From an uncultured Desulfobacteraceae bacterium (GTDB lineage Bacteria; Desulfobacterota; Desulfobacteria; Desulfobacterales; 4572-123), in NCBI GenBank assembly GCA_964522985.1, contig CAZFXX010000001.1:1-50517 (forward strand): a DNA stretch of 50,517 bases, in the 5' to 3' direction. The notes beneath the pieces were generated by a model. The model did no database searches and had not been told where the DNA came from. It was given only the letters and a program-made list of their open reading frames with translations. The translations under genes and the position numbers were made by a program. Positions 40,287 through 48,578 of the stretch are shown here, one piece after another (the first letter of the stretch is position 1; every line of letters begins with the position of its first letter).

Positions 40287-40901
40287 CTACCTCGTAAATT
40301 CAGCAGGTGAAATTTTTAAAAGTAAATCACGATCAGCATCGCTCAGGGAACATGATAATTCGGCCATTGTGTATGGAAAAAGACGTATAAGCGTTAATTT
40401 GAAAGTTTTTGAAAAAAACGTTTCAAGTTCTTCGTTGGCTGTTTTAAGGTTCGAAAAGAACCATAAATAATTTTTTTCATAATTCCATACAAGATCGTAA
40501 ATTTTAGGAGTTGCCGGAATACGAAGACTTAAGGTATTAATAACGTGTTCTCTAATAAGTTTTTTTTCATTACGAGATAAAAATTCTCTGTTGTTTTCAG
40601 CTAGTTTTTTTGATGTTTCCAAGATATAATATTTTTGTATAATTTTTGACGGTATTGATTTTTTATCAATTCTCAGAGAAAATACAAAATGGGTACCTAT
40701 TAAAAAGGAAGAGCCGGTAAAGTCGGGTTTAAAAGGATTGTTAAAAGATGTCCATCCTGATGCTTTTTCGGTTTCATCCTCATCTATTTCACGCAGTATA
40801 TTTTTTTTAAGACCCTGCGTTACCGCTTCAATAACAGGCTCTTCCAGTTTACCCACAACTTTATACCGCGTGATGGATACCGAAGATGATAATAATCCCA
40901 T
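40287..40901 (-). CDS. RdgC-like recombination-associated protein, N-terminal-half homolog
   Basis: 204 aa. ITRYKV..., ASGWTSFNNPF, FVFSLRIDKKSIPSKII and LSRNEKKLIREHVINTL are collinear with E. coli RdgC residues ~1-190 (from memory). It ends in TAG. Confidence 0.6.
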   Translation of the reverse strand: MGLLSSSVSITRYKVVGKLEEPVIEAVTQGLKKNILREIDEDETEKASGWTSFNNPFKPDFTGSSFLIGTHFVFSLRIDKKSIPSKIIQKYYILETSKKLAENNREFLSRNEKKLIREHVINTLSLRIPATPKIYDLVWNYEKNYLWFFSNLKTANEELETFFSKTFKLTLIRLFPYTMAELSCSLSDADRDLLLKISPAEFTR

Positions 40902-41014
40902 AGACTTGCAACCTTTAATATAGTATCTAAAAAAAGTTAAATTATATTAATACGCAACATAAATATGTATACCCTTTTTATATTATGTAAACAAGATAAA
41001 AGTATTGATAAAAA

Positions 41015-44000
41015 ATGAAATTTACAGCAGATCTACACATTCACTCCAAGTATTCCCGGGCAACGGCTAAAACACTTGATCTGGAAAATATTTATATTGC
41101 GGCTCACATAAAAGGTATAAACGTTGTGGGTACAGGTGATTTTACCCATCCGGGATGGTTTTCTGAAATAAGGGAAAAACTTGAGGAGGCTGAGCCGGGG
41201 CTTTTCAGATTGAAAAAAATTTTTTCTAAGGAATGTGATAAAAGGATACCAAAATCCTGTAAAAATAAAGTCAGGTTTATGCTGCAGACAGAAATAAGCA
41301 ATATATATAAAAAAAAAAACAAGGTGCGAAAAAATCACAATCTTGTTTTTTTCCCGGATTTTAAAAGTATTGAAGCATTCAACGCAAGACTCGACAAAAT
41401 AGGCAATATAAAATCCGATGGAAGGCCTATTTTAGGACTCGATGCCAGGGATCTTTTGGAAATTGTATTAGAAACTTCCCATGAGGGATTTTTAATACCG
41501 GCCCATATATGGACACCCTGGTTTTCAATGCTGGGATCAAAATCAGGGTTTAATACCGTGGATGAATGTTTTGAAGATCTTGCCGGGTATATTTTTGCTG
41601 CGGAAACCGGTCTTTCCTCTGATCCTGCCATGAACTGGCGGGTATCCGGACTGGATAAGCTGACCCTTATTTCCAATTCCGATGCCCATTCACCAAGGAA
41701 TCTTGGTCGCGAAGCCAATATTTTTGATACCGGTCTTTCTTACGGGGCACTATTTTCGGCGCTTAAAAAAGGTGATAAAAAACAGTTTCTGGGGACCTAT
41801 GAATTTTTTCCGGAGGAGGGAAAATATTATTTAGACGGCCATCGAAAATGCGGTGTTCAGCTTTTTCCCGAAGAAACGATAAAAAATAAAGGAATTTGTC
41901 CTGTTTGCGGTAAAAAAATAACCCTTGGGGTGTTGTATCGGGTTGTAGAACTGGCGGACAGGGAGGCCGGTATTAAACCGGAAAAAGGAAATTCCTATTA
42001 TAGTATTGTTCCGCTGGCAGATATCTTATCAGATATTTTTAAGGTAGGACCCCAAACCAAGACGGTTGGCGGAAAATATGCAGCGGCCATTGCGGCTTTG
42101 GGGCCGGAATTTGAAATACTGCAAAAGCTGCCGGTTGAAAATATTGAAAAAGCCGGTATTCCTCTGCTGGGGGAAGCCATAAAAAGAATGCGGGAAAATA
42201 GTTTGGAAATAAGTCCGGGCTATGATGGTGAATATGGGAAAGTAAAATTTTTTCAAGATGGTGAGCGTGAGCGTCTTATGGGACAGCGGTTTTTATTTGA
42301 TATGTCCAAAAATCGACGTGGTTGTAAAAAAAATAAAACCAACCTCTTTAAAAAACTGGGAAAGAAGAAAGAAAGCGTAATTGCTGAAAAACAAATATAC
42401 AATATATCTGTATCATTGAACCCTGACCAGCAAAAAGCCGTAGAAAGCAAAAGCGGCCATTTATTGATTGTAGCCGGACCGGGTACCGGCAAAACGCGCA
42501 CCCTAACGCAACGAATTTCTTTTCTGGTAGATCAAAAAAAAATATCGGTCGATCATATTCTGGCGCTTACCTTCACCCGAAAAGCAGCCAGGGAGATGCT
42601 GACAAGGTTGAAGCGTACTTTAAAGCCCGATGCCGGTGTACCCATGGTGGTTACCTTTCACAGTCTCTGTGTCCAAATACTAAGAGAAATTGAAGGAACT
42701 TTTTTTAGTATTATCGATGATAATGATAGGTTATACCTGATAAGAGAGGCTGTGGAAAATGTAACAAAACAAGGGGAAAAAAAACATATAACCCTCCATA
42801 AGATACTTGAAAAAATAAGTGAGGCCAAACAATATATTAATGATAAGCCATATGGTGAACATGTTTCTGAGAAACAAAGAGATTTTTTTATAAAAGTTTA
42901 TGAAAAATATCAGTCACTGTTATCCATTCAAAGGTTGTATGATTTTGACGATCTCATCGTCAGGGTAATCCATATTTTCAAAAAAGACAGGAATATCCTT
43001 TATCGATATAAGAACCGGTTTCAATATATTTTTATTGATGAATATCAAGATATTAACCCGGGACAAGATGAGTTGTTAAAAATGCTTGCAGCGCCCGGCC
43101 GGGTAAAAGAAAGTGATATTGAAAAAAAGAATGATATCTGCGTTATTGGTGATCCTGATCAGTCGATATACGGCTTCAGGGGATCGGATGTAATCTATTT
43201 TAAAAATTTTAAAATAGATTATCCTGATCCCCAGGTGATAAACCTGACACGTAATTACCGTTCCACCGAGACCATTCTTTCCGCATCTTATCAGGTTATA
43301 AAAAATCATCGAATCACGGCCGGTCAGGCTGGCATTCACTCTGATATAACCGGTATAAGAACGGTAACAGTCCTTGAAAGTGTTTCGGAAAAGGCCGAGG
43401 CGGTGGCTGTGGGTAAAAATATTGAAAAAATGATCGGCGGCATTGGCTTTCATTCCATGGATTTCGGAAATATTGATAGTGATATAAAAAATTTGGAATA
43501 CAGTTTTTCAGATTTTGCGGTTTTGTTCAGGACTCTTGCTCAGGGCGCAGTGTTTAAAGAAATGTTTGAAAAAGCAGGTATTCCCTGCCAGATTGCATCC
43601 CGTGAAAACATGTTAACAAAAAAGGGCGTAGCCGAAATTATTTCATATCTTAAAATAACAGCGTCGGCCGGTTCTTTTATAGATTTTGAAAGAATTATAA
43701 GTTTTTTAAAACCCGGGATCGGCAAGAAGACGCTGAATATATTTAAAAACTGGTGCTACCAAAAGCAGTTTGACGTGACGCTGGGAATGCATCATGCAGT
43801 ACGGTTGCCCATTAATGATATTGGGGCGCTGAAACAGAGTAAGCTCACTGATTTTATTAAAAAATTACTAAAAATAAAAAACGCTGTTAAAACCGTAAGC
43901 GTAGAAGAAAAACTGGATTATATTATCAATAACACAGGAATTAAAGCGATTATCGAAGCCGATCAGAAAATTGAGGATGTCGTGCGTCGGTTAAAGATAA

Positions 44001-44410
44001 CGGCCGGACAATACGGCAGGGATACAGTCTCTTTTCTTTACGATATAGCCCTTCAAACCGATACTGACAGCTATGATGAAAAGGCTGAAAAAGTTTCCCT
44101 GATGACTATGCACGCCGCCAAGGGGCTGGAATTTCCCGTTGTTTTTATTGTCGGCTGTGAAGATGGTTTTGTTCCCTATGAAAAAAAGGGGGAAGCAGTT
44201 GATATTGAAGAGGAAAGAAGATTGTTTTATGTGGCAATGACGCGTGCCATGCAAAAACTGTATCTAAGTTACGTGAAAAAACGCCGGATATACGGAAAGT
44301 CCGTATCAAGGCACATATCTCCGTTTATCAAAGACATAGACCATCATCTGCTTGCGTATGAATCACATACCTTCAAAAAAAAGCAACCGGTTCAGCTTGC
44401 GTTGTTTTAG
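41015..44410 (+). CDS. Fusion protein: N-terminal PHP-domain endonuclease Q-like module + C-terminal UvrD/PcrA-type superfamily 1 helicase
   Basis: 1131 aa. Residues 1-~425 resemble EndoQ/TIGR00375: DLHIHSKYSRA...GTGDFTHPGW and the zinc-finger CPVCGKKITLGVLYRV (~41897). The helicase motifs are GPGTGKT (~42478), FIDEYQDINPGQ, GDPDQSIYGFRG, LTRNYRST, MTMHAAKGLEFP and VAMTRA. TAG stop. Confidence 0.85.
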   Translation: MKFTADLHIHSKYSRATAKTLDLENIYIAAHIKGINVVGTGDFTHPGWFSEIREKLEEAEPGLFRLKKIFSKECDKRIPKSCKNKVRFMLQTEISNIYKKKNKVRKNHNLVFFPDFKSIEAFNARLDKIGNIKSDGRPILGLDARDLLEIVLETSHEGFLIPAHIWTPWFSMLGSKSGFNTVDECFEDLAGYIFAAETGLSSDPAMNWRVSGLDKLTLISNSDAHSPRNLGREANIFDTGLSYGALFSALKKGDKKQFLGTYEFFPEEGKYYLDGHRKCGVQLFPEETIKNKGICPVCGKKITLGVLYRVVELADREAGIKPEKGNSYYSIVPLADILSDIFKVGPQTKTVGGKYAAAIAALGPEFEILQKLPVENIEKAGIPLLGEAIKRMRENSLEISPGYDGEYGKVKFFQDGERERLMGQRFLFDMSKNRRGCKKNKTNLFKKLGKKKESVIAEKQIYNISVSLNPDQQKAVESKSGHLLIVAGPGTGKTRTLTQRISFLVDQKKISVDHILALTFTRKAAREMLTRLKRTLKPDAGVPMVVTFHSLCVQILREIEGTFFSIIDDNDRLYLIREAVENVTKQGEKKHITLHKILEKISEAKQYINDKPYGEHVSEKQRDFFIKVYEKYQSLLSIQRLYDFDDLIVRVIHIFKKDRNILYRYKNRFQYIFIDEYQDINPGQDELLKMLAAPGRVKESDIEKKNDICVIGDPDQSIYGFRGSDVIYFKNFKIDYPDPQVINLTRNYRSTETILSASYQVIKNHRITAGQAGIHSDITGIRTVTVLESVSEKAEAVAVGKNIEKMIGGIGFHSMDFGNIDSDIKNLEYSFSDFAVLFRTLAQGAVFKEMFEKAGIPCQIASRENMLTKKGVAEIISYLKITASAGSFIDFERIISFLKPGIGKKTLNIFKNWCYQKQFDVTLGMHHAVRLPINDIGALKQSKLTDFIKKLLKIKNAVKTVSVEEKLDYIINNTGIKAIIEADQKIEDVVRRLKITAGQYGRDTVSFLYDIALQTDTDSYDEKAEKVSLMTMHAAKGLEFPVVFIVGCEDGFVPYEKKGEAVDIEEERRLFYVAMTRAMQKLYLSYVKKRRIYGKSVSRHISPFIKDIDHHLLAYESHTFKKKQPVQLALF

Positions 44411-44452
44411 ATGTATTATATATTTTTATAAAAGCGCAGGGACATATCATTT

Positions 44453-45283
44453 ATGAAAAAATTATTCACACTTGTCATAGTGGGCATGGTTATAGTCCTG
44501 ATCATATCGGCTGCTGTTTTGTTAAATCGCAGTGGTTCTGAAAAAAAATCGGTCTATTATAAAATAGAAGAGTATCGAAAAGAGGTCGTCGTCACAACAC
44601 CTTTTCCGGTTTTGCCGAAGAAAAAAAACAAGACAGTAGAAAGTAAACCGCTTTTAACACAAGATGAAATATCCCCGGGGTACAAGATAGATCAGGCTGA
44701 AGAAAAGAGGGACAGTATAATGCCGGCCGAAAAAGAAAAACCGGTACTGCCGGCGTCCAAAAAAGGTTCAAAAGAGATATCAGGTCAACTTGTTTTTGAT
44801 GACAGAAAGGTTCAAGGGCAAACGGTTGAAACAATATCGCCCATACAGGAATTAAAAAAGACGGATCTGGAAAAAAACCAGGAAATCCCAAAAGAAAATG
44901 ACGAGCACAAAGAGCCTGTTTTTCGGCTCTACCATGCCACAGGGGAAGATACGCTCTGGGATATTGCAGAGAAATATTATGGGAAAGGGAGCTATTATCC
45001 TGTTCTTCTGGAGCATAATCCGAATGCGGGTATCTATGATATCGGAAAGGACGTTACACTGAAAATTCTATCAAATAAAGAGCGTGCCGCAAAAATATAC
45101 AAAAAAATTGTTATTAAAAAAGAGGGGCATTTATTTTGGCGCTATTCCGTCGTAAGGGGAGATACGATGCAATCAATTATTAAAAAATATTATAAGAAAG
45201 GGCGGGGAAAAAGTGATATTCCAAACTTTGACAAGGACAGCGAATTGGAACCAGGCGAAAAAATATGGATTTTGATTAACTAG
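44453..45283 (+). CDS. Membrane-anchored protein with two C-terminal LysM-like domains
   Basis: 276 aa with an N-terminal TM helix. The LysM-like segments are YHATGEDTLWDIAEKYYG...LKIL and YSVVRGDTMQSIIKKYY...IWILI. TAG stop. Confidence 0.7.
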   Translation: MKKLFTLVIVGMVIVLIISAAVLLNRSGSEKKSVYYKIEEYRKEVVVTTPFPVLPKKKNKTVESKPLLTQDEISPGYKIDQAEEKRDSIMPAEKEKPVLPASKKGSKEISGQLVFDDRKVQGQTVETISPIQELKKTDLEKNQEIPKENDEHKEPVFRLYHATGEDTLWDIAEKYYGKGSYYPVLLEHNPNAGIYDIGKDVTLKILSNKERAAKIYKKIVIKKEGHLFWRYSVVRGDTMQSIIKKYYKKGRGKSDIPNFDKDSELEPGEKIWILIN

Positions 45284-45494
45284 TGTTCATCCGGCCCTGG
45301 TTTCTTTGCCTGCGCATTCCGTCACAGGTTGTACAACGATTAACGCACCAGGGTGTTTAAAAAAGATGCCATGGAATATACCACAAACACCCGCGTATAA
45401 AATTTAACATATTGTATTAACACAATAACAACCGACACCACAGATAAAATGCGGCATCGATTATTATTTAAGATACGGATTGTTTTTCGCGACG

Positions 45495-46906
45495 CTAAAT
45501 CCCCAGATCGCGTTTAAAAAGATCCACCGAGCGGATATTGATACCCAGAACTTCCGCAATTTTATATTTGGCACGAATACCCTTGGCACTTCCGGCGATG
45601 GATGTGACGGTGCCGATTTTCAGGTCGGCCCTGATGTCCCGCATAACTTCTTCATTGGTCAGATCCATGACATCAATACCGAGCTTGTCCGCTACATATG
45701 CTTTGGCCGCATTAATTTTCATTTTTCGGGTCATCTGCATCCAGGTCACCAGATCTCCGGCGGTTCGTATCCTCCCATACATGAAGCCATGATATGCGCG
45801 TTATGCATCCCTAAGGGGTCACCGACGCCAATCTACAACCCGTCGGCCTTGCCGATCTGGACAAGGGCCTTTGAAACACGGGTCACGGCGTCAATGGGCG
45901 GCTGCTCCATCATTGGGATGCCGCAGACGCCCATGCCCACGTTGGCATGAATCGGGATGTCCGATATATTTGACGCCGCCTTGAGAAACGTTACCGCCCT
46001 GGCCAGGTTCCAGGCAACGGACTCACTGGTGCTGGTGTTGATGGCCAAACCGAAAATATCGGCACCTGCTGATTGCACTACTTTTGCCTGGTCGTGAGGA
46101 TACAGCCCGGCCAGACGTTTGCCGTCGAAGGTCACCTCTCCGTGCATTCCAAGGATAAATTCACCGGATGCCCCCATGAGGATCGGCAGGTCGGGAACTG
46201 CTTTTTTAAGATCCGCCACTGCCTGCAGGGCCGCGAGGAAGTCGGCATCGCCCGCGGAACCGCAGGTATCGAAGTTAAGCCCCTCCAGGCCAACGTCCGC
46301 CAGTCTTTTGCCGATAAAAACAAGATCGTCTCTTAAATATTCGGCAGCCTGTTCCTGAGATTCACGGGCTTCTGCTATTTTTCCCAGCGGAAGCAGTTCA
46401 CCGGGGTTGGGACGGGGGCCGTCCGGCTGGGAGTACAGCCCCAGGTTGGGCTGTGCACCGTAGAATAACGGGGCCGTTGTGACCATTGAGGTGTTATAAT
46501 ACTCACCGGTTTCAAAGTTGATAATCGGTTTTACCGGTTTGTAGCTGTAATCGCTGTGGCCCATGGATGTGGAATCGGCGCCGCAGGCCCGCTCATAGGT
46601 CAAAATGGCCTGCTGCCTGCTCAAAGGTATACCGACACCCCCGCCGTCTTGACCGGAATAAAAACTCATGCTGCAGCCGTCGTCACTGACGATGACTTCC
46701 TCACCAGGGGATACACCGACGATTCTGGAGGGCTCAGCGATGATGTTAAAAAGATGCTCTTTTTCCTCATCGCTGATTTCGGGAATCCCGCCCCTGTCTG
46801 CTGCATCGGCGGTACCGTTGTCTATATCCCCTTTAATATCGGATGCCGCCATCCAGAGACGTTCACCATCCCCCATTCGGGTTAAAATTTGTTTATTCAT
46901 AGACAC
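45495..46906 (-). CDS. mtbB: Dimethylamine methyltransferase MtbB, pyrrolysine (in-frame UAG) type, with an apparent 1-nt frameshift near 45771-45779
   Basis: ORF 45833..46906 ends in TAG (45833-45835). It is collinear with Methanosarcina MtbB as I recall it (RMGDG.R, GVGIP, FDT.G.AGD, AWNLARAVTF.KAA, PPIDAVTR.SKA). Reading on gives IGVGDPLGMHNAHIMASCMGG. The homology (IRTAGDLV...KYKIAEVLGINIRSVDLFKRDLGI) then continues in another frame as ORF 45495..45782. The likely start is ATG 46900. Confidence 0.8.
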
Positions 46907-46918
46907 GCCTTACTTGTT

Positions 46919-48418
46919 TTACTGGTCTGAAATTCCCATTTCCGCCTCTGTTTCTTCCACAATAGAACGAATTTTTACCAGCACCTTTTTCGGAAGCGGT
47001 AATGGGGTATGGTTTTCCAGAATATATTTTACTTTTTCCACGGCCCTCTGGTGGGCAGTTGTAGCGCCGGCATTTTCCCAGACCTCCCTGGATTTGCGAT
47101 CGATCAGTTCCGGTGTGGACTGACTTCGCATTGTCTTAAAGGTATGTTCGTGGGTGAGAAATTCACCGGCGGGACCCACCTCCTTAATTACATCCAGGGC
47201 AATGGTATCGTCATTGACCGGAATACCTTGGACCGTGTGTTTGATCATGCGGGCAAACTCGCAATCTAAAACCAGCTGACCAAAATCAAATGTTATGCCG
47301 CTTTCAACCATTCCCAGACCGTAAATCATATTGGCGCCTGCCAATGCGGGTATCAGTCCGGTGAGGGTTTTTTCATGGCCCATCTGAGTGTCGGATATTT
47401 TCCCGTCGCCCTATCCACCGGCAACATAGCTCGGCAGTGCGTAATAACGGGCCAGACGCGCCACAGCCCCGCTTATCAGGGCGCATTCCGGTGTTCCCAC
47501 GGAGGCAGCGGCCAGTTTCAGGTCCATGGCAGTGGTGGAACTGCCGTAAATGACCGGGGCCCCTTTCCGGGTTAACTGGGAAAGGGTGAGTCCACCCAAT
47601 ATTTCGGCATTATGGGTGACCAGTGCTCCGGCCAGGGTTACCGGTGCGGTTCCTCCGGCCATGGCCATGGACAGGATGTTACATACCACGTTGTTTTTGG
47701 CCGATTCCATAATAATTTCGCAACAGTCCCGGATTAATTGCAAAGGGCTCACCGGACAGGTGGTAAAGGAAACCAGGGGTCTTTTTTTAAGATTTTTCAT
47801 CCCTCCTGCAATGGCCGCGGCCATTTCTAATATTTTATTGAGCAATTTTCCATTGCCCGGGCCAAATGCGCAATGCTTGCTAGTGTGGGTCAGATACACT
47901 TCTGCGTTGTGCAGCGGCACACTGTCCTGGTGGACATCATGGGCACCCAAGGCTTTTTCGCAAAAATCGATTTCATCCAGGTAATCGATAACACGGGCGC
48001 TGTCGATAAGGTCCTTTTTCATGGGGGATCGGTTTTCACCGGTATAAGGATCGTTTATCATCACCCCTTCGCTGAAATTGGTAAAATGGACCCTGTTGCT
48101 TTCCAGCACAATATCGTGTTTGGGATCTCTGCCATATAAAATCACCTTGGAAGGGGCCGAGCGAATGGCATCTTCCACTATGTATGGGGGGATTTTTACA
48201 ATTTTACTGTCCCGGTCCACCAGCGCACCGTTGTCGGCAAAACAATCCAGCGCATTGCTATCTTCGATAAAAATTCCTGTTGTTTCAAGTAGTTCCAGGG
48301 TTGCCAGATGGATTTCGTCGAGTTCGTCATCGGTAAGGATATTGAGGCTCAATCCTCCATTTAAATTTTTTCCCGCATGCAAATTTCTTTTCATAAAATA
48401 GCTACCTAACCCGGACAA
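46919..48418 (-). CDS. mttB: Trimethylamine methyltransferase MttB, pyrrolysine (in-frame UAG) type
   Basis: ORFs 47411..48418 and 46919..47383 share one frame. They are separated only by TAG (47411-47413) plus 9 sense codons (GDGKISDTQ). The context LPSYVAGG-UAG-GDGK...GHEKT matches the Pyl site of Methanosarcina MttB. The joined length is ~491 aa from the likely ATG at 48394. Confidence 0.88.
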
Positions 48419-48578
48419 GCCGGAAATAAATTAAATATTGAATAATAAAAATTGATAGCTCGGGCAAACACAAGCGCTCCCCTACACCCCCTTGTTTTTC
48501 ATTATTTAATTGTCGCAGGGTGGGCATTGCCCGCCAAACAGGCTTTTCAATTATAAAGAATACTTTTTTGTTCATTTC

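Noticed and set aside
45284-45494. Search for a pylT (tRNA-Pyl, CUA anticodon) or other tRNA next to the methyltransferase genes and in other intergenic regions
   Set aside because: I saw no CTCTAAA-type anticodon loop or cloverleaf-compatible sequence by eye. This is not a definitive negative and needs tRNAscan/Infernal (ARAGORN with the Pyl option) on the whole genome.
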